Assembly: GCA_965644315.1 (NCBI GenBank)
Contig: CBFFRQ010000042.1
Location: forward strand, 496,001 to 560,000
From: Caecitellus pseudoparvulus
Taxonomy: Eukaryota; Protista; Bigyra: Bicosoecida
Length of the DNA stretch: 64,000 nt
Direction: 5' to 3'
Below the pieces are notes generated by a model that was given only the letters and a program-made list of their open reading frames with translations, did no database searches and was not told where the DNA came from. Within the stretch, counting starts at the first letter, position 1; every line of letters starts with the position of its first letter. A program made the translations under genes and the position numbers. Shown here one piece after another: positions 12,525 through 23,365 of this stretch.

Positions 12525-12975
12525 GCGGAGCGCCCACTGCACTAAAGAGTTAGAGAGTGGAGAGAGATGGGGGCGATTAAGCTAGCTCAGCTTGCTCGCT
12601 CTGTTTTGTGTGCGTGGCCTCTGTTGACAGGGGCCCCCCTCCTCGCAGCCGCAGCCAAGGTAGCGTTTCGGGTCTGAGTTGTGGTTTGCAGCTGCTGAAA
12701 CGCCTGGTGCGACGAAGCCGCATTCAGAGCTGCACAGCAAAATTGCCAAACAAACGCCACGGGGGATGAGTATGTAGCTTTCTTCCTCCCGGGTATCGCT
12801 GCACGTCACGTTTCTCTGCTGTGGCCAAGGCCAACCCCTTGCGGAATTCGCCAGTGCATTGTACGTGGCCTGGCACGACGTCCACGCTCGGCGCCAAGAG
12901 GCTGTGAGAAAAAGCAAAACAGCCCCAATCTTCCCACATTGCACCCATATTTCGTGCCTGTGCAGCTGTCAAGAC

Positions 12976-14290
12976 ATGGAGGCAATCGCCGTTGCTGCGG
13001 GACTCAGCGCCGCCGTGGTTGTGGCTCTGCGCAAACGCCTTGCGTGGAGTGGCGTGAGAGCAGCACAGGTGAGCTGCCTGCCCCTCCCCTCCTGCCACGA
13101 CCTGCCAGCTCAGCCCAGCATGGAAGTACACATCAACCTGCATTCCCACGTTCGCCCCCAGCTTGCATCCGGCCTCGTCATCCCTCGCCCCAAGGAGTTT
13201 GCTCGAAAACGCAATGCTGTGAGAGGCCGGCCCACGTGCACCGAGCCCCTGGCACGACAGCTGAGCCTTGGCCTCGCCATTTCTTGTCACAGTTGATCAG
13301 CGGTGGAATCGACAAGATCCAAATCGCCACTGACTTTGACAGGACCCTGACAGCGTACCACGCCCCAGATGGTGCGCCTGCGCACGCAGGAGCCTGACTT
13401 GGCCGGTGTCGCGGCACGACCAGGTGCGCTTCTTTGCGCCGTTCACAGGAAGCCGTGGCATGAGCTGCCATGGCGTGATTGAGTCTGCGCCACACTTGAC
13501 GCCGGAGTACAAGGCGGCGGCCGCGGCCCTGTTCGACAAGTACTTCCCCATCGAGACGTCCGCCAACCTCACCAAGCAGCAGAAAACGCCTCTCATGTAC
13601 GAATGGTACCACCAAGGCCACGATCTCCTCATCCAACAAGGCTTCCGCAGGGAACATGTGGAATCTGCAGTCACACATGCCGTGCAGCGAGCTGCAGTCC
13701 AGCTGCGAGCCGGCATGCCTGCAATCTTGACTCTGGCAGCAACGCACCAGGTGCCCACGCTCGTCTTCAGCGCAGGCATCGGCAATGTGCTCACTCGCAT
13801 CATCTCTAAGTTGCACAAACCCCTGGATTTGCACCATAGCTGGGTCGTGAGCAATTTCATGAACTTCCGCGAAGACGGCTCGTTGGAGGACTTCACTGAG
13901 CCGCTCATCCACATGTTCAACAAGAACACAGAACACGTTCCCGACGCATACAAGGAAGCAGTGAAGCAGCGCCCGCATGTGCTGCTCATGGGCGACAGCC
14001 TTGGGGATGTCACCATGGCTGACGGGCAGCCAGTGGAACCCGACATCATCCTCCGCATCGGCTTCTTGAACGCGCAGGAGAAGGAGCTGTTGCCGCTGTA
14101 TGAAGCTGCGTTTGACGTGGTCGTGCTGCGAGATGGCCCAGCGGACGTCGCCCTTGACATCCTTGAGAAAGCTGTCGCAGTGCAGCACGGGGGCAGCTCA
14201 ACCTCGGCCCCCGTCGGCGGGGCTCGAGTGCCATCCGCAGCGTCACTGGCGGGCTCTGCGCCCCCCCAGGCAGCAGACCTGCCCGTCTGA
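12976..14290 (+). CDS. NT5C3: Cytosolic/pyrimidine 5'-nucleotidase III (UMPH-1, HAD family)
   Basis: HAD motifs DFDRTLT, SCHGVIE, KTPLMYEWY, LVFSAGIG, IHMFNKN, LLMGDSLGDVTMADG and LRIGFLN. Three GT-AG introns in the 5' part; hydrophobic N-terminus. Confidence 0.9.
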
Positions 14291-14302
14291 GCGAATGGTG
14301 AC

Positions 14303-14310
14303 AATGCATT
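14303..14310. promoter_or_regulatory. Palindromic AATGCATT, candidate bidirectional 3'-end (poly(A)) signal between convergent genes
   Basis: Lies in the 21-nt gap between the NT5C3 and CARM1 stop codons. The same palindrome occurs at 39354..39361, and AATGCA follows many other stop codons. Confidence 0.4.
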
Positions 14311-14311
14311 C

Positions 14312-15481
14312 TCAGCTCCCTGTGCCAGCGGCCTCCCCGACGTTGTCGTACGTGTACGCGGTGTCCCCCGTCTGCAGGTAGTGGTACTGCTGGTCCTGCA
14401 GGTTCATCTTCTGCTCAGACACGAACGTAGTGCCTGCCAGCTCCAGCCGCAGTGTGACTGCATAGCTGTACTTCTCGTGGGCCACCATGTCCAGGACGCC
14501 CTTGATCTCCTGGGTCTTGTTCACGGCCAAGGGCTCACGCAGCATGAGGCGGCACTGGTACCAGTGAGTACCTGGCGCGGACGGCCCGGTGTCCAAACGC
14601 ACGTGGGCGTCGGTGCCCAGGAAGTCCACATCAAACCAGCACGCCAGGCCGTGGCACAGCGCTGTCTTGGTGGCATGGAAGGACAGGGGAATCGTCACTC
14701 GTGAGAGGGACTCAGGCTCATCCTGCTCAAAGTCCACCAGGTGGGACACGGTGGTGTCTGCGATGAGGATGCTGGGGTCAAAGTACCCCACGACAGGCTG
14801 GGCGAAGTGGTCATTCAGCGCCGCATCCTTCAAGGGTGTCAAGTCCAGTCCATAGAAGTCCTGCGTATCCCAGAACACCATCTTCTGCTCCTGCTCAGCA
14901 TACAGCGCTGCATCGGTGTACGGTGCGCAGTAGATGGTGCCACGCCCGGGGAACATCTTGCCGCCGGGACGCATGAAGCGCTGCCGAGCCACCATGAAGC
15001 TCTGAAGCATCTGCTCGTGCACGAGCAGGAACCCCATGGGCTCAGAGATGATGATGTCCACTGGCTCGGGGATGGTGATCTCCTCCACGGCGCCCTTGAT
15101 CACCTCGATGCGGTCCGAGCCGTACCCGTTGGCCTCTAGCAGTGCTCGAGCACGCTCAGCCATGCCTGATGCCTCCACCGCGTACACCTTGCGGGCACCT
15201 GCTTGAATGGCAAAGAATGCTAGAATGCCACTGCCAGTGCCTACGTCCATCACCACTGCCCCCGAGAAGTCTGAAGGGTTGTCCATGATAGCCTGCCTGT
15301 ACGTCCCCGTGCGCACAGTGTCCTGCAGCATGTTCTGCTGGTGCACCAGCAGACCATAGTACCTGAAGAAGGGGTGGTCCTTGTGCACCTTGCTGTCAGC
15401 GGTCTCGGGCGCGTCAATGATGGTGCCACCGCCTTCAGTTGGGGCTGCCGGCGGCGCGACGCCTGCGGGCTCTGCAGCCAT
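14312..15481 (-). CDS. CARM1: Protein arginine methyltransferase, CARM1/PRMT4 type
   Basis: FFRYYGLLVHQQNMLQDTVRTGTY, VMDVGTGSGIL, double-E loop IISEPMGFLLVHE, THWYQ. Confidence 0.9.
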   Translation of the reverse strand: MAAEPAGVAPPAAPTEGGGTIIDAPETADSKVHKDHPFFRYYGLLVHQQNMLQDTVRTGTYRQAIMDNPSDFSGAVVMDVGTGSGILAFFAIQAGARKVYAVEASGMAERARALLEANGYGSDRIEVIKGAVEEITIPEPVDIIISEPMGFLLVHEQMLQSFMVARQRFMRPGGKMFPGRGTIYCAPYTDAALYAEQEQKMVFWDTQDFYGLDLTPLKDAALNDHFAQPVVGYFDPSILIADTTVSHLVDFEQDEPESLSRVTIPLSFHATKTALCHGLACWFDVDFLGTDAHVRLDTGPSAPGTHWYQCRLMLREPLAVNKTQEIKGVLDMVAHEKYSYAVTLRLELAGTTFVSEQKMNLQDQQYHYLQTGDTAYTYDNVGEAAGTGS

Positions 15482-16030
15482 GCTTTCTTGGTTGCTGCTG
15501 ACAACTCCTGGCAGTGCAGCTGCGACAGCACGCTCCCTCGAACGTGCAGCGACGAGAAAAGCGAGCCCGACAGCGGGGTTGCAAGCGGGACCCTCCGTTG
15601 TTTGGATGCCTCACGCCTGGAGGCAGCGAGGCAGTGTGCGGATTTTGCTGGTGCAGGCACCACTCGGCACTGCAGCACTCGGCTCGTCAACCAGGACACT
15701 CAGTTGGAGTAGATGTAGGGTTGTGGTGTTTTGACCGTGCGCGTGGAGTGATTTAGTGCGCATGCTGGCAACGTTAGCGGCAGGATCGGTCCGCCCTTGG
15801 AAGCATGCAAAACGGACATTGCAGCAGAGCTCTCCACCTGTGCCACGTCGGCGGCACCCCCCCCCCCGAACCGCGGCCCTCGACCCGCATGGCACTACCC
15901 TCACACTAAAACATGCCTGCAACTCGCATCCCTACCACCCGCACCCTATTCAGCCGCCGGAAAGCCCAAGCTCAAGCATCGCGCGGCAGCGGATTTTGAG
16001 CTCACCTACCTCCTCAATTCCTCCCACACC

Positions 16031-16746
16031 ATGGCCACCCGCCGCGTCGCCATGGTCGCGCCACGCACTGGTCGCCTGAGCCTTTCAGACCGCTTTGCTC
16101 TCATCCGCCAGCAAGCCATGGTTCAGGGCGGGGCGGCAGGGACCAGCTTGCGTGTTGGCGTGTCCACTGGCGCCGCCAAGCAACAGCAGCGCTCCGACCC
16201 GGGAGCCGCCAACCGTGCCGGGCGCGCCGCTGCCGCAGCCGTTACTGCCAAGGCCAAGCGCCAGGCAAAGCAGGAAGCCAACCGTGGCAAGAAGGGCTCC
16301 ATCGCAGCCGCTGTGAAGCCGACCAAGAAGGCTGCTGCTGCCGCACGCAAGGCTGCTGCAGAGGCAGAGGCCAAGAGTGGCAAGAAGTCCAGGAGTGTGA
16401 AGGCTGAGACGAAGCCCGGGAAGGCTGCCAAGGCCAAGGCCACCAAGGCCAAGGCAGCTGAGAAGAAAGAGAAGCCCAAGCCCAAGACCCAGGAGGAAAT
16501 GGATTTCGAAATCGCCATGTACCAACACAAGGGTGAGCGCAGACTCGCCCAAGCCGTGCCCACTGCCGTGGAGCAAACACTCCCCCCTCTCTCACAGCTG
16601 GCCGTGGGCCCGACCCCAACAAGGCGAAGATGGACGACGAACTGGCTGCTTACCGCAAGAAGGCAGCTGCTGAGTCCCAGGCAGCAGCGGCACCCGAGCC
16701 TTCCGCGGCTCCTGCGCCGTCTGACGAGGCAACTCAGCCCGAGTGA
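16031..16746 (+). CDS. CHTOP/FoP-like protein (UAP56-binding N-motif plus C-terminal FoP duplication)
   Basis: N-terminal LSLSDRFALI resembles CHTOP MSLNERFTNM. The C-terminal duplicated motif KTQEEMDFEIAMY / AKMDDELAAY appears after splicing intron 16533..16597. The centre is K/A-rich. Confidence 0.6.
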
Positions 16747-17000
16747 TATAGCATCGCGGGCCTATGCCTTGCCCTGCCCGACGAAAAATGCAGAACCGCT
16801 TCCTGACACCCTTGCATTGTTACGGGGGCCAGGGGCCGCGCAGCCACCCCGCAGGCGGAGTGGGTGCTACTGTTGGCTGCAAGCAGCCGCGGGCATGAGG
16901 TCCCCCTGTGGGAGCTGCAGTGCTGGCCAGGCACTGGGGCTCCCATGGAACCACATGCCTCACTAACGCGAAACACATGAGACATTTTTGGCTTTGGTCA

Positions 17001-17190
17001 CTACTGTGGCCCTGGCTGCAATCCACCTTGCTGCCCGAGCAAACCGCCCTGCTGGCCCAGCAAACCGCCTCCTTGCTGGCCCATCATCAAGCCGCCGCCC
17101 TGCAGCCCTCCACCAAGCAGGCCACCGCCTTGCAGGCCACCACCTTGCAGGCCACCACCTTGTTGGCCCATCAAGCCGCCGGAGACTTGG
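17001..17190 (-). repeat. Degenerate coding microrepeat (GGGLQ / GQQGGL units) in the importin-alpha tail
   Basis: Translation [55 protein letters not shown]; 15-21 nt repeat units visible. Confidence 0.85.
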
Positions 17191-19110
17191 GGTCCAGAGC
17201 CCTGTGCCTGCAGTCCACCCATCTGTGGCTGTGCCACGCCCAGCCCACCCCCCAAACCGCCAAATGACAGTGGCGCGCTTGGACCACTTGGGAAGGTGTA
17301 CTCGCCGCCGTCTGTGGTGGGGGCATCCTCCTCATCCTCGGACACCGCATCGTAGTAGGTCAGCAGCAAGTCCTTGGCCTTCATCACAATGTTCGTGTCG
17401 CTGTGGTGCTGCAGCGCCTCGAACTCGTCAGCCCCCCCGGCGGCTTCAATGGCCTCCACGTACGGGTTCTCATCCTGGCCCTGCTCGGCGCAGTAGTCAG
17501 CGCCGACACGCAGGATGTTCTCCAGAGACTCCAGCGACACAGTCACCACCCGTGCATCAGGGACATTCAGAAGCTTGACGAGGCCAGGGATGGCTCCGCT
17601 GGCGGCGATGGCCATGATGTGTTGGCGCGTTCCGCCATGGGTGGCGTTACAGATGCACCAGACACACTCTTTGCGGATCTCAAAGTCGTCCGCCGACATG
17701 CGGTGGATGATGGTCCCCAGCACGCCATGCATGACGACTGCTCCCACTTGGTCGGGGCTGCCAGCGGTGATGTTGGACAGCGCCCACGCCGCCTCCTTGC
17801 GGATCGAACGGCGAGTGGACTGCAGGAGCGTCGCCAGCTTTGGGACGGCCCCAGCGCTAACCACAGCCTGTGTCTGGCCGTCGTCGCCGGTGACGATGTT
17901 GCCAATCGTGCGCAGAGCGGGAGTCTGCACGCTCAGCGCATCGTACGCCATGAGGTCGACGAGGCGGCGCGTTACGCCTGCAGCCACGACAGCGTTCACC
18001 TTCTCGTTGCTGCCATCAGACAGGTAGGACAAGGCCCAGCAAGCGTCCGTCAAGACGTCCTTGTCATCCACTGTGAGCATTTGCGCCAGCATTGGGATGC
18101 AGTGGCGCAGCATTTGGAAGCTGGCAGGGGGCTTGCCGCGGCACATGTTGGAGAGGGCCCAAGTCCCGTTGCGCAGCAGGGACACGCGCTTGTGGGGGGT
18201 CATTACACTCAGCAAGGGAGTGAGGATGCCGCCGTCGAGGACCAGGTTTCGGAACTCCGGGCCATCGCCTGCAATGTTGCCCAGGGCCCAGATGGACTGC
18301 TCCTGCACGTCTGAATGCTCAGACATGATCAAGCTGATGAGGGGAGGGATGGCGCCAGCCTCCACAACGCTGCGCGTCTGGGTGGTGTTTCCGGATGCGA
18401 TGTTCGTCAAGGCCCAGGCAGACTCGAACTGTGGGAGGGGGGGGGGAGTGGCAGGCCGCGAGTGTGTGCAGCGTTGTCCAGGAAGCAGCATGAGGTGGGG
18501 GACGCACCTGCAGCTTGGGAGACGATGTTTCGCGCAGGAAGCGCACAAGAATCTGCACGATGCCAGCATCAATAAAGTCTTGGATGGGTGGGTCTTGCTC
18601 TGCGCGGAGGCACAGATGGCGAGTGCTATGGCGGTTGGCGTGGCCAGTCTGCCGCAGCGCGGCTGTCACAAACCGATGGAGAGGAGCTTCCTTGACAGTG
18701 AGACGGCAGACAGACGCAGCTCCATGCTCTGAGATGACATCTGAGCCAGCAGGCTGCGGACAGTCTGTGGGTCTTGCGCCATCTGGATCAGCGCCATCTG
18801 CTGCTCATGCTTCTTGGCTTGGTCTAGGGTAGGAACTGCTGGGGTAGCACCAGGTACGGCAGGCGGTGCCACAGCCAGGGAGCTGCTTTGCGTGCGGCGC
18901 TTGGCACGGGATTCCTCTCGCTTCTTCTTGCGGAGCTTGATGGTTGTCTGCTCGCGCCGCGCACGGCTGCTATCGAGGCTCAAAGACTGTGGAAAGCAAC
19001 GTCTCCACAGTGGCGCATCGAAGCTGCCTGCCGCAACAACGGGCAGCACGCACCGGCATGAGGTCCTTTGACCTCCGAGAGCTGAGATCATCGGGCTTTT
19101 CAGACGCCAT
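17001..19110 (-). CDS. KPNA: Importin subunit alpha (4 exons) with G/Q/L-rich C-terminal extension
   Basis: IBB domain [24 protein letters not shown]; ARM repeats [42 protein letters not shown] and [13 protein letters not shown]. Confidence 0.95.
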
Positions 19111-19493
19111 GACTGCTTTCTGCCCGGGAGAGCCGCAAGGGAGTGCGTGGCAGCACTGCGGAACGTTTCGGCGCAGTGACACTGGCGCAGTCTGTCCAAG
19201 CAGTGCAAGCTATCAGCGCAGCGGGAAGCAGCAACAGTGCACATGAAATGTATGGGTTGAGATGTGGAAGTGTACCCAATGAGGAACAGCGCCCAGAGCT
19301 TGCTTTCTGCCTTGCGGGCCGCAGGCCCCCCCTCAGTTGGCACTCTGGCTCCGCAGACACAGGCGTTGCTTCAGTGCAGGGTTTTCCAAATCTCACCCGC
19401 TCTCGAAGCACGCTCGCCAGCCTGACAAGGGTAACCATAAGGAGCACTTGCGTTGTCAGGTCGCCCCCGTTCATCTCTCGCTGCCGTGCCGCG

Positions 19494-20668
<1,175 letters not shown>

Positions 20669-20674
20669 ATTCAC

Positions 20675-22848
20675 CTACCGCTTGCTGGCCTTGCTGGCCT
20701 TGCTCCACGGGTTGTCAGCGACAGCTGCCTGGGCTGTGCCAGGCCGAGCCCGCTTGGACCCCCCGGTGCGAGGGGGCAGTGGCGCCAGAGGCGGGGCTGC
20801 AGGGGGGCCATCACACCCATCCAATTCATCCTCTTCTGCGAGGGTGGCCATGGGCTTCACAGGGCTGCTGCTCGTCAACGCTCGGCGTGCTGCGGTGGCT
20901 GACCCCGACCCGGGCCGCGAGCCTGTGGAGCTGGCGGCTGTGGCCCGCACAGGCTTCGCTGGAGACTTGAACAGGTTGGACGCGTGGGAAGGGTCAGCGG
21001 TGGCTTCAATGCCCAGCTTGCGGCACATCTGCCGGAAGGCTTTGTGAATGGCCCGGTGAATGGCTCGGTCTGTGGAACGCGGGGGTGTGCGGGGTGCAGG
21101 CCAAGGCAAGCGCAGAGGCGACTTAGGGGAACCTGACACGCACCTTGGCGACGGGAGTACACGCGGATGACGCGCTCTTCGTACTGCAGGGGGAGGAGGT
21201 AGGACACCTTGCGACTGTCAATGAGGAAAGACTCAGTATCCCCAGCGTTCTTGTAGAAGTTTGTCGTGCTCAGCGGAGACCGGTCCTTGTTCCCGTAGTT
21301 CAGCTTTAGATCGTGCACGATGACGTCGTCCTCGGTCAGAGACACGCTGGTTGGGTTGTTTGTCGTCACATCCACGGCCGTGAGCTTGCGCAGCTCCCTC
21401 GCCACCTCGGCTGGCACGATAGCTTCGTCCACAAAGCGGTACAGCCTTCGCCGGCGCAAGTCCTGCAAGATGCCCCGCGCAGCCTCCAAGCCGGGATCGG
21501 TAGAGTGCTGAATGTCCAAGACGATGGAGTCTGTCAACTTGCAGTACTCCTGGGGGCTCTGGATGGCCTTTGCAAGGCGCCCATCCCACACTGCGTTGGC
21601 CTCCACCATGGCGTCCGTGATCATGTACTCCACAGCTTTGCCAGCGCGGTGCAAATAGCAGTTCTTGAAGAGAGTGTATCGGGTATGGAACAACTCAAGC
21701 ACAGAGTACACTTCCTTGCAGTGGAAGCACAGGTCTCCTGCAGGGGAGGGGTCGGCCGTGAGGCGGCGCAACCCGCACGGCGGACTTGAAGGTCTTACCC
21801 TGCACAACACGGTTCTGAACCATAAGACGGCGGAAGTCAAAGGTAGACTTCAGCCCCATGAAGTATGTGTCACGCGCCAAGTAGTCGAACTTGTCGGTGT
21901 CGATGCTGTTCTTCCCTGCACAGGGAAACACCAGCGCTGCAAAGTCCAGGCATGCAAAGGATAGCGTTGCGGGCGTTGGCCGCTCACCGTTCGCCACAAT
22001 CTGATACAGAAAGTCGCGCTCCTCCGAGTGGCTTGCAGCGGAAGGCTTGGCAGCCATGATCATGTCTCGCACCATGCCCACGCCTTGCGTGTCCAAGACC
22101 TCTACGTTGTTGTCGTCAATGAGCCAGTCCAAGATGTCCAGGCCTGGGGCAGCAGGGAGGGAGCATATCAGCGGGGACACCATGTGAATGGAGGCTGTGA
22201 GCGCCAACTCACCCATGCCTTCATGGGAGAAGGACACTCCCGGAGCTACCCGTGGGATGAACTCATTGTCGAACACGTGGGAGTAAGGCCCGTGCCCGAG
22301 GTCGTGGCAAAGCCCGGCCACGCCAACTGCCGTCGCATCTCCACGCTCAAGACATAACTCGGGCTGGCGGGAGGCCAGGCTGTCCAGGAGTCGCGCCGAA
22401 AGGTGGTACACGCCTGCATGGGTGGATGGATAGCTGGAGAGTGCGGGGAGGTGCCGAGGAAAGCTTGCTCGGCAGGAGGTTACCCACCGACAGAGTGCTG
22501 GAAGCGGTCGTGTGTGGCGCCCGGGAAAATGTAGGAGGTCACACCAAGCTGCTTCAGCTCCCTCAGCCGCTGGAACTGGGGGGTGTCCACGAATGCCAGG
22601 ACATCTGCAGGCAGAGAATCTGCGCCATGCCAAGAAACACTGGCGCCCTGCACGCCCCGACGTACCTTCGGAAAGGCTAAAGAAGCCGTGAATAGGGTCG
22701 TTGTACAGCTTGCTTTTTCCACCGTACGTTGGGCTCCCTGCAGCAGTCGACAAAAGTGTCAGGCTCAGATTCAAACGTAGGTGGCGTTTGGCTGGCGTTT
22801 CGCACCGTCAGCCAGCGAGGCCATGCTTGACTGCGAAAAAGACATCAT
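20675..22848 (-). CDS. SAMHD1-like HD-domain dNTP triphosphohydrolase, no SAM domain (about 8 exons)
   Basis: [80 protein letters not shown] and LTDSI; canonical introns join the frames. Confidence 0.9.
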
Positions 22849-23365
22849 CCTGACGAGAAGCGGCTGCAGGGCGTCTCGATCTAGTCCTGCCTGAGGGCCC
22901 TTCTTGCTGTATCCGGAAAGGGCGAAGGTAGTGAGAAAGGTTGACCACCCAAAGGCTGGCGCCGCCTGCCAGCTTCTGTGCAGCAACCGTGCAGCGAGTT
23001 GCAGGCGCCTGCGGGGAAGCAGTCGGGGATTTGCTCGCGAAAATGCTTTCAATATGATTCGTTCAGAGTGTGGCTGTGGTGCTCAGGATTTGCGCTGACC
23101 GATGTCTCCTCCAAACACCACTGATCGGGCACTCTACCTCCCCTGCTTCTCTCGCCACTCTTGCGGGCACGCGGCGCTCGCACAAAAACAACCTGACGCA
23201 TTCACCTTCAAATTGGCGGCTCCTGCCCTCTCTTGACCTTGGAGCAAGCAGGCTGGGGTCGCATCAGTCACAGAGCGTGAGCTTACCACGAGTTTGCCGC
23301 CCACACCAGGATACTTCCCTGGCTCAGCCTGCGAGGAGTTCGCCGCGGACGGGGTGCCAATCACA

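Noticed and set aside
1472-19110. Nuclear-transport cluster (HEAT protein, importin-beta-like, importin-alpha)
   Set aside because: The genes are interspersed with unrelated ones; consistent with chance in a gene-dense genome.
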